Made by a program: the position numbers and the translations under genes. A stretch of DNA of 64,000 bases from Candidatus Micrarchaeota archaeon. Its GTDB lineage: Archaea > Micrarchaeota > Micrarchaeia > Micrarchaeales > Micrarchaeaceae. This document shows, in pieces, positions 47,930 through 56,590 of this stretch. Position 1 is the stretch's first letter; each line of letters begins with the position of its first letter. The notes under the pieces are model-generated. The model searched no databases. It saw nothing but the letters and a program-made list of their open reading frames with translations, and had not been told where the DNA came from. The DNA lies in assembly GCA_021827525.1 (NCBI GenBank), contig JAKAVJ010000013.1:9191-73190 (forward strand), written 5' to 3'.

Positions 47930-48661
47930 TCACCTCTTCAGCAGCGCAAACCTCTTCATGTACATCTCGCTCTGCAGCACTACGAGAAACGGCAGTATGA
48001 ACAATGAGTTGAACACGACCATTATATAGCGTGACAGAAGAGTCCCTGTCGCCGCTATGAATATGAAATCAAACAGCGTTATCAGCACTATAGCTATAGC
48101 AAGCCATAGCAGGAAATAGTCGAAGCGCTTTATGATGAATCTCAGGCTTGCCATCATTGCCCTGCCTACGGGCTTCTCGTCTATGACTATGGAGCTGGGC
48201 GCATAGAAGAAGAAAGGAGCGAGTATCAGCGCAGCCGCATATGTGAACAGGCCTGAATGCCCTATTGAGAAAGACGCCATGTTGATCAGGTACAATATTA
48301 CAGCGTAGGCTATGAGCACTGCGAATGTGCTGCCTGTATATCTCTCCAGCCCGTCCATTATCTCCTTGCGTATCCTCGTGTGTATCCTGCCGTATTTCAC
48401 AAGTATGTTTATCGCTACGATAGCAAAGCTCAGGAAAAGCAGCGAGAAGAACACCGATGCCACTATTATCGACGCGCTGATTGCGTTGAGGTTGACGAAT
48501 ATGCTTGCAGTCCTTATGAATATCGCGCCGGCATCATTGTATGTTGGGAGCGGCGCGAGGCCAGGTATTATAAAAGCTATGAGGAATGATATCGAGAAAA
48601 GCAGTATCAGACGAAGGTGCTTCGCATAGAAGTCAAACGAATAGCTTAGCACGTTCACCAT
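47930..48661 (-). CDS. Polytopic membrane protein (~6 TM)
   Basis: Hydrophobic ORF with FFFYAPSSIVIDEK...AMMASLRF; GGTGA-type start region. Confidence 0.75.
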   Translation of the reverse strand: MVNVLSYSFDFYAKHLRLILLFSISFLIAFIIPGLAPLPTYNDAGAIFIRTASIFVNLNAISASIIVASVFFSLLFLSFAIVAINILVKYGRIHTRIRKEIMDGLERYTGSTFAVLIAYAVILYLINMASFSIGHSGLFTYAAALILAPFFFYAPSSIVIDEKPVGRAMMASLRFIIKRFDYFLLWLAIAIVLITLFDFIFIAATGTLLSRYIMVVFNSLFILPFLVVLQSEMYMKRFALLKR

Positions 48662-48693
48662 TTAATCACAAGAAGGATTAGGAAGGAAATATT

Positions 48694-48722
48694 AAAAGGG
48701 TTAATGGAAAAACCCATTAACC
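48694..48722 (-). terminator. Hairpin plus U-tract immediately after the pilin-like gene
   Basis: GGTTAATGG-N6-CCATTAACC (9-bp stem) followed by CTTTT on the minus strand. Confidence 0.6.
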
Positions 48723-48725
48723 TAT

Positions 48726-49115
48726 TTAGGAGCAGGCTGCGGTTATGCTGGCCACGGAAGCCGAGCTTCCCATTATCAGGCCGAGCAGGAACGGCGCTAT
48801 CTCTGCTATTATCACGCCTATGACCCCTCCCAGGATCATGCCCATGCCGTATCCCTGAAGCGTCGACTTGCTCTGGCCGGGCATAATGTGCGAAGCTGCA
48901 TAGAGCGCCGCGCCGCCTATCATCAGTGCAAGTCCCAGTATGAATATTGCCGTGTGCACTACGGTGTATATTATGCATATCTGCGAAGTCACAGTGCTTA
49001 CTATGCTGTTCCCTGCCGCTGACATCGTCGCTATGAAGCTAAGCATCAGAAGAGGCAGCATCAGCACCTTAATGTTACGGCTTAACCAATCCAAAAGACC
49101 GAATATTTTTGGCAT
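48726..49115 (-). CDS. TrbC/VirB2-like (CedA1-like) conjugative-type pilin
   Basis: 129 aa: signal peptide ending MSAA, amphipathic helix, two Gly-rich hydrophobic helices separated by a short basic loop (MPGQSKS), flanking Cys pair; upstream TATATAAA box and GGTG RBS. Confidence 0.7.
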   Translation of the reverse strand: MPKIFGLLDWLSRNIKVLMLPLLMLSFIATMSAAGNSIVSTVTSQICIIYTVVHTAIFILGLALMIGGAALYAASHIMPGQSKSTLQGYGMGMILGGVIGVIIAEIAPFLLGLIMGSSASVASITAACS

Positions 49116-49225
49116 TCATACACCATTGACTCTTTTACGATAGTTTATATATAGATAATAATAAAAATCTTTCTTAGTGAAGGGATATGTCCAGGTTTGG
49201 AGAATAAACGCATTATGGTTTTTTT

Positions 49226-51142
49226 ATGCAGATGCCGCAGTGGAAAGAGGATAAGGTTTACATGCTGATGTTCATGGTATCGATCGTGCTGCTTCTCTTC
49301 TCCGATGTCTCTATATTTACATACGGCTATCTCTCCGAGCAGCTCATGGCTGTCTCTTCTGCGCTGCTTGCATCTTTCTTTGTCTTCGCCATCACCTTCC
49401 TGGCTTATGGCGGTGCATACAGGAGAATTGCCCTTACAGCAAGCTTCATTGCGATGGTCGCCAGCATGGCCGCCTCGTACGCAATCCTTTATAGCATTGG
49501 ATATAGCTTCCTGTCCATAGCTAGCCTGATGCTGGACTACCCATTTACGTTTTTCCTGACGATCGCCCTGGTGCTATTCATATCCATAGGGAGGTATGCA
49601 GGCACATTCAAGATGTCCAAAAGGGCGAAGATGGCAGTTGCTCTCTCCATAGTGGTCATAATAGCGGTGCTGATGTGGTACTTCTACTTTTCAGGCAAGC
49701 TGATAAGCTCCAGCGTACCGGACGATGAGGAATTCCTAGCGCTGCATGCAGTGCAGAGCCTGATTTCTGGGTCCAATCCTTATGCCATGAACGTGTCTGC
49801 GCTTGAGCTATATGAATATCTACACGTAAATGGCAGCGTGGGCCTGCCAACGCTCACGACTTACAATAGGGTTGTGGGCTTCATGGACTATCCTGACCTG
49901 TACTTCCTCTCCCTCGTCCCGTTCTACATCCTGGCCAAGCCGTCGGTATACAGCTATTCGCACATATACATGCTCTACAGCTATGCATTATTCATGCTAA
50001 TTTTCCTCGTCGCGCTTGTATATGCTATTGAAAAGGATTACATAAGGCGTCCCAATTACTGGATAATAGTATTCGCAGCCATGTTCATGCTCTACATCTC
50101 CTCGGTTGTTGACTTCCTCATGTTCGCCCTGCTGCTGTTCGCATACAAGTACATAGACAACAAATACGCGTTCGTCCTGCTTGGCGTCGCAGCGTCTTTC
50201 CAGGAGGAGCTATGGATACCTGTGGTCCTGCTTGTGGCACTGAGGTTCAACAAGGGAATAGCAAAGGGCCTTTGGACAGCGGCTGGGACTGCCGCTACGT
50301 TCCTCGCAGTCAATGCGTACTTCATACTCCTCGCGCCGGGCCTCTATATCAGGGATGTTTTCGCACCGGTTGGAAACCTCCTATTCCCAAGCCCGTATGG
50401 CGTTTTTGGCTACATGCTTTTATATGCGTATCCGATGCCTCTGGGGGCGTTCTCGGTGCTGTTCTATTCGGTCATAATCGCAGGGGCCATATCGCTGGCG
50501 TATTCAGGCAGGAAGCTCCTGGTGGGAGTACTGAGCCTGCTGCCGCTTATGTTCCTTTATCACAGCATACCGACGTATTACTTCTTCTTCGGCACGTTTG
50601 CAGCGGTTAGCCTATATATTGGAAGGAATTCGCCCCCGAGCCTAAAGCGCAGGTCAGGCATTATGGCACATAGGAAGCGCTACAAGGCTCTCGCAGTCGC
50701 AGCAATAGTGCTCATAGTCGCATTCGATTCCGCATATGTATATGTGCAGCATGAGGCATATTCCAGCGCCAATCCTTTCGGGACTGTAAGCGGCAGCATC
50801 GTGCATGTGCATAACGAGACGTATTATAACCTGAGCGTGCGGTATCGTTCCAGCAGCGGCGCAAACTATTCCATATTTGCATACACATTCAACCGGGGCT
50901 TACGCATGATACCGAATGCCTACGGCCTCTTAAACCAGTCAGTATTGAAGGCGGGCGGGTCCGACAAGGTCAATGAAAGCGATTATGCAAGCCCTGTAAA
51001 TCCAAATGTCGCAAGGTTCCTGCCTGACAGTGAATCAAATCTGTCTCTGGAACTGGACAATTCCACCATAACCACGGCGGTGTGTAACATTTATTACAGG
51101 GGCTTCTACTACATCTGCCCAGCAACAACCTTACACAATTGA
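49226..51142 (+). CDS. Polytopic membrane protein, GT-C (GT87/DUF2029-like)
   Basis: PDDEE...GSNPY, DYPDL, many TM helices, C-terminal ectodomain. Confidence 0.65.
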   Translation: MQMPQWKEDKVYMLMFMVSIVLLLFSDVSIFTYGYLSEQLMAVSSALLASFFVFAITFLAYGGAYRRIALTASFIAMVASMAASYAILYSIGYSFLSIASLMLDYPFTFFLTIALVLFISIGRYAGTFKMSKRAKMAVALSIVVIIAVLMWYFYFSGKLISSSVPDDEEFLALHAVQSLISGSNPYAMNVSALELYEYLHVNGSVGLPTLTTYNRVVGFMDYPDLYFLSLVPFYILAKPSVYSYSHIYMLYSYALFMLIFLVALVYAIEKDYIRRPNYWIIVFAAMFMLYISSVVDFLMFALLLFAYKYIDNKYAFVLLGVAASFQEELWIPVVLLVALRFNKGIAKGLWTAAGTAATFLAVNAYFILLAPGLYIRDVFAPVGNLLFPSPYGVFGYMLLYAYPMPLGAFSVLFYSVIIAGAISLAYSGRKLLVGVLSLLPLMFLYHSIPTYYFFFGTFAAVSLYIGRNSPPSLKRRSGIMAHRKRYKALAVAAIVLIVAFDSAYVYVQHEAYSSANPFGTVSGSIVHVHNETYYNLSVRYRSSSGANYSIFAYTFNRGLRMIPNAYGLLNQSVLKAGGSDKVNESDYASPVNPNVARFLPDSESNLSLELDNSTITTAVCNIYYRGFYYICPATTLHN

Positions 51143-51222
51143 TGGTGGAAAATGGAAAATGATATATAGTGTGCACAACAATACTTATCTGTCAGGTTTA
51201 AGCTTTAGAAGAAGGGTATAGC

Positions 51223-52929
51223 ATGTATGTATTGGGAGTATGGGACCAGCACGATGCCGGCGCGGCGCTCATAGACGATAAAAAGGTAGTATTCGCAGCA
51301 AACGAAGAGAGGTTCACCAAGCGGAAGCTGGAGATGAAGTTCCCGGTGCATTCAATACATGCGGCGCTCAACTTTGCTGGGCTGAAGCCCGGAGACATAG
51401 AGCACATAGCAGTGAGCACCACCGAGCTCACCAAGACGCTCGAGAGGCTGATGCCCTATTCGAGGGAATACTATTACAATTTCAGAAGGAGGAAGATACC
51501 TAAGCCTATGTTCGAGAACTTCAGGCACAACCTCAAGTATTCCATGACAGGCGTGGGCATATTGCCTGGCACAACAGCGCTGAGCAAGTACCTCCTTGCC
51601 AGGGAGCTGAGGCACATGGGCTTCAGGAAGTTCAAACTCCACGTAGTTGAACACCATGTAGCGCACGCGGCCTCTGCCGCGTTCACATCAGGACTCAGGA
51701 AGTCGCTCGTAATAACTCTTGATGGATTGGGCGATGGGCTGTCAGGATCAATAAGCGTATTTGAGAACGGGAATCTGGAGAGGCGCTTGCGCATACCGGC
51801 CAGGGATTCACTAGGGATCTTCTTCGAACAGGTCACAAACATAGTAGGCATGAGAGAGCTTGAGGACGAGGGCAAGGTGATGGCTATGGCCGATTACTCA
51901 TACCCGTTCGACATCGAGGAGAACAGGATGAAGGACTTCTTCAAGATAGAAGGCACAAACATAATGGCCAAGTACAGCCCTGTCAAGCAGTTCAGCGTGC
52001 TGCAGAAGATTGCGTGGTCGCTGCCAAGGGAGCAATTCGCATACATGGCGCAGCAGCTTCTTGAAGCCGCTATGCTGAAGTTTGTCGGCAACGCCATAAG
52101 CAGGTACAATATAGGAGATGTCGTGATGGCGGGCGGCACTTTCTCCAACGTCAAGGCGAACATGATGCTCAGGGGGATCGATGCCCTCAAGCATTGGTAC
52201 ATATTCCCACATATGGGGGATGGTGGAATTGCCCTAGGTTCGGCGATGTACGTCGGGCACATGCTTGCAGGAACCACATCGTATTCATTCAGCCCGTACC
52301 TTGGCAACATGTATACTGACGAAGAGACAGCCAGGGTGCTGAAGGGCGAGAGGCAGTTTGCAGTGCAGGAGGAAGGCCAGACCGAGCAGGCATCGCATGC
52401 TGCAGAGCTGATAGATAAGGGCAATTACGTATTCTGGTTTCATGACAGGATGGAGTACGGCCCCAGGGCGCTCGGCAACAGGAGCATATTGGCGCCCACA
52501 GGCTCTGACGAAGTGAAGGACAAGCTCAATATGTACGTCAAGAAACGCGAATGGTTCCAGCCGTTCGCGCCTTCGATCCTCGAGGAGGATGCAGCAAGAG
52601 TGCTCGAATATGATGGCAAGGGCGCCGACAAGTTCATGACGATGGCGTACATGGTCAAGAAGGATATGCAAGGGCTGACAAAAGCGGTCATGCACATAGA
52701 CGGGTCGGCGAGGCCGCAGATGGTAGGAGAGGAGAATCCGCTTTATTACAGGCTTCTTAAGGGGGTGAAGAACAGGTCAGGTGTAGGAATGGTGCTTAAC
52801 ACAAGCTTCAACATACATGGCATGCCGATAGTGCTGAGCCCCTATGATGCGGCCGAGACCATGAAGAAGACCAGAACGAAGTACATGTTCATAAACGGCT
52901 TTTTCGTTACCAACAAGGCTGGTGTGTGA
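51223..52929 (+). CDS. O-carbamoyltransferase (NodU/CmcH/TobZ family)
   Basis: HDAGAAL, EERFTKRK, EHHVAHAASA, DGLGD, EGKVMAMA, EYGPRALGNRSIL, KREWFQPFAP, NTSFNIHG. Confidence 0.95.
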   Translation: MYVLGVWDQHDAGAALIDDKKVVFAANEERFTKRKLEMKFPVHSIHAALNFAGLKPGDIEHIAVSTTELTKTLERLMPYSREYYYNFRRRKIPKPMFENFRHNLKYSMTGVGILPGTTALSKYLLARELRHMGFRKFKLHVVEHHVAHAASAAFTSGLRKSLVITLDGLGDGLSGSISVFENGNLERRLRIPARDSLGIFFEQVTNIVGMRELEDEGKVMAMADYSYPFDIEENRMKDFFKIEGTNIMAKYSPVKQFSVLQKIAWSLPREQFAYMAQQLLEAAMLKFVGNAISRYNIGDVVMAGGTFSNVKANMMLRGIDALKHWYIFPHMGDGGIALGSAMYVGHMLAGTTSYSFSPYLGNMYTDEETARVLKGERQFAVQEEGQTEQASHAAELIDKGNYVFWFHDRMEYGPRALGNRSILAPTGSDEVKDKLNMYVKKREWFQPFAPSILEEDAARVLEYDGKGADKFMTMAYMVKKDMQGLTKAVMHIDGSARPQMVGEENPLYYRLLKGVKNRSGVGMVLNTSFNIHGMPIVLSPYDAAETMKKTRTKYMFINGFFVTNKAGV

Positions 52930-54674
52930 TGTTCGGTGCAGGCGTCGAGGAATACATATTAACGCTCGGGGTCATTGTCTCATTCATAGGCTTCCTTTTC
53001 TTTGCCGCAAGAAGCAGGAGAGATATATCGCAGGCGTTGAAAAGTTCGGGCATAGACGGCAGGATGCTGCTGGCGGCGGCCGCAGTGGTTCTCCTGTTCC
53101 TAGCCCTTGAAATTTCTCTCGTGAAGCCGACGCAGCAGCTCTTCTTTGATGACGTGCTGTACCAGGGTGGGGCGCTTGACCTGCTTCACACAGGCCAGGC
53201 ATGGCAATGCAACTTCGGCTCGCCTACGCAGTGCTTCACCGGGCTGGTGTTCCATGAACCAATCGGCACGTCATTCAACATAGCAATCGCGTTCGCAGTT
53301 GCGGGCGTGCACCAGTACTCGGCGTACGGCATGTTCCTTTTCCTCAGCGCCCTCTCCGTGCTGCTCGTCTTCCTCATATCGATGCTCATATTCAGGGAGT
53401 TCTTATACAGCATATTCGCCGAGCTCATGTTTTCATTGAGCCCGGTTCTGCTTGTCTGGGCGCTGCCTACAACCTCAGACCTCACCATGCTCACCTATTC
53501 TCTCATCGCGGTTTTCGCGGCGGCGCTGTTCACATACAGGAAAAATCTTAACACGTTCGGCATGCTCATGTTCTCCATACCTTTATTGATGTACATGAAG
53601 GTCGATGCTGCAATATTCCTGGTTCTCATACCCCTGATGTATATAATGCTGGATGATGAATCGCTGTCAAAATCGTTGCGCAACAACATAAGGCGCATAC
53701 AAGAGAATATATTCAACACCAGGGTGCTGATCGTTGTGCTGTTTTTTGTAATAGCAGTTTCTGCGGAGTTCATGTACACAGCTGGAGAATACAGAGTTGG
53801 GACATATCGCTACAATAATACTGTCATACCGAACACCTGCGCACCTGCTAGCCCGGCGTATGTGAATGTGACGCAAAACATCGACTTCCAGAATTTCGAG
53901 GCTAACGTCTGCGCCAACACGCTTTTCTGGTTCGATGCATTCCAGGGAGGCAATGGATCCTACCATATAATGCAGCCCGTGTTCTTTACGTTCCTTGCGG
54001 CAATAGGCGCAATCGCTATGCTAGCTTACCGCAGGAAGCAGGCGATTTCGCTCCTGATATGGTTCTTCGTCTTCTTCGCCATTTACACGTCGTTCTATGC
54101 CGGCGCGGTGACATACGGAGTGGACTGGAGGTTCGTGCTGAGCATGATAACACAGGTTAGCATGTTTGGTGGGTTCGGTGCCGGTGCCATTATACTGGCT
54201 TCGAGAAGATGGGCTGGAATGAGGGGCTTTGCTCTCTCCCTGGCAGTAGTGGCGCTGCTTATTGCGTATTCGTTCTACACCATGGCGCCGAGCTTAGGCA
54301 TTAACCCATCCTCCATACCGCAGGCCCAGCAGGCGCGGTTCTACCAGAATTTCGTATATGGCAATGCGAAATCGATACCCGCATCATGCCTGGTTTTCAG
54401 CTTCGACCCCGAGCTCTTCAACCTGAATAACAGGAGCGCTATACAGTTCGGCAACATAACGAGCGCTTATACCCAGTCAGGCCTTGCCGCCTACCATGAC
54501 AAGTATCCGTGCCTGGTGGTCGATTACGGCTATTGGTGCTATACCTCCGGGTTCGAGGGGCTTTGCCACACGGTAAGCAGCACCTTCAACCTGACACAAA
54601 TAGCAACGGCCAGAGACAACTACTCCGGCTTTGCATATGCCTACGGCTTCTACAGGATAGATGGCTTGAAATAG
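52926..54674 (+). CDS. GT-C fold membrane glycosyltransferase (PMT/ArnT-like)
   Basis: FFDDVLYQ after the TM, HEPIG, many TM helices; overlaps the carbamoyltransferase stop. Confidence 0.7.
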   Translation: MMFGAGVEEYILTLGVIVSFIGFLFFAARSRRDISQALKSSGIDGRMLLAAAAVVLLFLALEISLVKPTQQLFFDDVLYQGGALDLLHTGQAWQCNFGSPTQCFTGLVFHEPIGTSFNIAIAFAVAGVHQYSAYGMFLFLSALSVLLVFLISMLIFREFLYSIFAELMFSLSPVLLVWALPTTSDLTMLTYSLIAVFAAALFTYRKNLNTFGMLMFSIPLLMYMKVDAAIFLVLIPLMYIMLDDESLSKSLRNNIRRIQENIFNTRVLIVVLFFVIAVSAEFMYTAGEYRVGTYRYNNTVIPNTCAPASPAYVNVTQNIDFQNFEANVCANTLFWFDAFQGGNGSYHIMQPVFFTFLAAIGAIAMLAYRRKQAISLLIWFFVFFAIYTSFYAGAVTYGVDWRFVLSMITQVSMFGGFGAGAIILASRRWAGMRGFALSLAVVALLIAYSFYTMAPSLGINPSSIPQAQQARFYQNFVYGNAKSIPASCLVFSFDPELFNLNNRSAIQFGNITSAYTQSGLAAYHDKYPCLVVDYGYWCYTSGFEGLCHTVSSTFNLTQIATARDNYSGFAYAYGFYRIDGLK

Positions 54675-54683
54675 AAACGCTCC

Positions 54684-55364
54684 TCAGCCTATGTTCCTGA
54701 GTATCGTCCTCAATATCCTGAAGCCGTCCCTTACGGTATGCAGCTTGGCTTCGCCGTTCTCCCGCCGCTTCTCGTAGCTCGGCACCTCCAATGTCTTGAG
54801 ACCGCTCTTCTTCGCTTTTATGTTTATCTCTGTCTCTATTCCGAAGCCCTTCTCCTTTAGGTCCAGCTTTCTCAGGGCTTTCCTCGAAAAGCTCCTGTAG
54901 CCGTAGCACAGGTCAGTGTATCTTGTGCCGTAGAGCAGGTTCACTATGTGCACGAACGCCTTGTTGCCCAACACGCGCAGCTTCGGCATGTCTTCCGACC
55001 CTCCTCCGGTAAGGAACCTTGACCCAAGGCATACATCGTATCCGGATTCTATGCCTGTTACCAGAAGCGGTATCTCCTTAGGCTTGTTTGACAGGTCTGC
55101 ATCCATGGATATTATTATATCGCCCTTTGCTGCATGCATTCCCCTCACCAGCGCTGAGCCCTTGCCATAATCGTCGTACATGATTTTCGCGCCCATCGAT
55201 CTAGCTATGCGCACCGTCCTGTCCTTTGAATGCCCGTCAACGACTATTATCTCGTAGCTGTACCTGCTGAGCTCACCCTTAAGCTTGCGCATCAGCTCCG
55301 CTATGTTCTTCTCCTCGTTGAGTGTCGGTATCACTATGCTCACATGCGGTTTCAAAGTACGCAC
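54684..55364 (-). CDS. GT2 glycosyltransferase (polyprenol-phosphate glycosyltransferase/DPM1-like)
   Basis: IPTLNEE, VDGHSKD, GKGSA, MDADLS, GSRF, GFGIETEI. Confidence 0.9.
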   Translation of the reverse strand: MRTLKPHVSIVIPTLNEEKNIAELMRKLKGELSRYSYEIIVVDGHSKDRTVRIARSMGAKIMYDDYGKGSALVRGMHAAKGDIIISMDADLSNKPKEIPLLVTGIESGYDVCLGSRFLTGGGSEDMPKLRVLGNKAFVHIVNLLYGTRYTDLCYGYRSFSRKALRKLDLKEKGFGIETEINIKAKKSGLKTLEVPSYEKRRENGEAKLHTVRDGFRILRTILRNIG

Positions 55365-55522
55365 CGGTGGTGTATCTGCAGTGTGGTTGCGCTGCTGCGG
55401 CCCATCCTCTTGTATAATGCCTCCTTATGTATATATTTGTTAGCCTTACATTCCGGCATACTTAAATATCTAAAAAACAGAGTATACCATGTGAATATAC
55501 AGGAAGAGGGTGCATATCTGAA

Positions 55523-56584
55523 ATGTCTGTAGAGAGGATGATGGGCTTGGGCATGACCGCCCTCGAATCCAATTTCCGCACGCTCAGGAAGCCCTATAAG
55601 CTAAATTTTGCAGTGACATATTGGTGCCAGTCGCGCTGCCTCACGTGCAATATATGGCAGATGAAGCCAAAGGGAGAGCTCAATATCGACGAGATACGCA
55701 GTTTCGCGGGCAAGAACCCGTACTTCAAATGGATAGAGCTAACAGGTGGAGAGGTATTCATGCGCAGCGACCTTGTCGAGATTGCCAAGGCCTTCAGCGA
55801 AAGCTCGAAGCATCTCTACATACTGACAATGCCTACTAATTCCCTGTCCAACCATGACTTGATGTTCAGGGAGCTTGAGGAGATACTCGCCCTCGGCATA
55901 CCGAGGGTAGCGATAACTGTCAGCCTTGACGGCTATAGGGAACTGCATGACAGGATACGCGGCGTGCCGGGCAACTACGACAAGGCAATAGACACATTCA
56001 GGAGGCTGCAGGAAATGAAGAAGGAGCACAGCAACCTGTATTTCGTTTTCGGGTACACAATGAGCAAGTTCAACCAGGGCGAATTCGCCAAGACGTTCGA
56101 AGCCGTCAAGCGCGACATACCCTCGGTAAGCTATAACGATTTCCATATCAATCTGGGCCAGATATCTGATAATTACTACGGCAATTCCAATCTTGATATA
56201 AAGCCGAACGATTCGAAAGTTCTTGAGGAGCTAGGGTCGATAATCAGGAGCAGAAAGAAGGAATACGGGGCCATATCGCTAATAGAATCTGCCTTCCTTA
56301 GGAAGCTTGTGGAATACGCGAGGACGGGTAAGACGCCTATGAGGAGCAAGAGCCTCGAAGCGTCGCTGTTCCTTGACAGCTATGGCAATGTCTACCCCTC
56401 GATAATGTGGAACAGGAAGATAGGCAATATACGCGATACGAGATACAGCCTCGAGGCTATGTGGAACAGCAGCGACGCGAAGGAGGTAAGGAGGCTCATA
56501 CGCGAAGGCAAAGAGCCGAGCCAGTGGACATCCTGCGAGGCGTACCAGAGCATAATAGGCAGGATACCCAGCCTGCTCATCTGA
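55523..56584 (+). CDS. Radical SAM protein with a degenerate SPASM/twitch-like C-terminus
   Basis: CQSRCLTC (CxxxCxxC), TGGEVF, SLDG, GNVYP, IGNI. Confidence 0.9.
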   Translation: MSVERMMGLGMTALESNFRTLRKPYKLNFAVTYWCQSRCLTCNIWQMKPKGELNIDEIRSFAGKNPYFKWIELTGGEVFMRSDLVEIAKAFSESSKHLYILTMPTNSLSNHDLMFRELEEILALGIPRVAITVSLDGYRELHDRIRGVPGNYDKAIDTFRRLQEMKKEHSNLYFVFGYTMSKFNQGEFAKTFEAVKRDIPSVSYNDFHINLGQISDNYYGNSNLDIKPNDSKVLEELGSIIRSRKKEYGAISLIESAFLRKLVEYARTGKTPMRSKSLEASLFLDSYGNVYPSIMWNRKIGNIRDTRYSLEAMWNSSDAKEVRRLIREGKEPSQWTSCEAYQSIIGRIPSLLI

Positions 56585-56590
56585 TTGCAG

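Noticed and set aside
32372..49115. Integrated conjugative plasmid/ICE or provirus
   Set aside because: No integrase, relaxase, replication protein, capsid gene or flanking direct repeats recognised; composition resembles neighbouring housekeeping genes
27098..52929. Nod-factor-like pathway (NodC-like GT2 plus NodU-like carbamoyltransferase)
   Set aside because: The genes are ~23 kb apart, no NodA/NodB equivalents are seen, and both families are widespread
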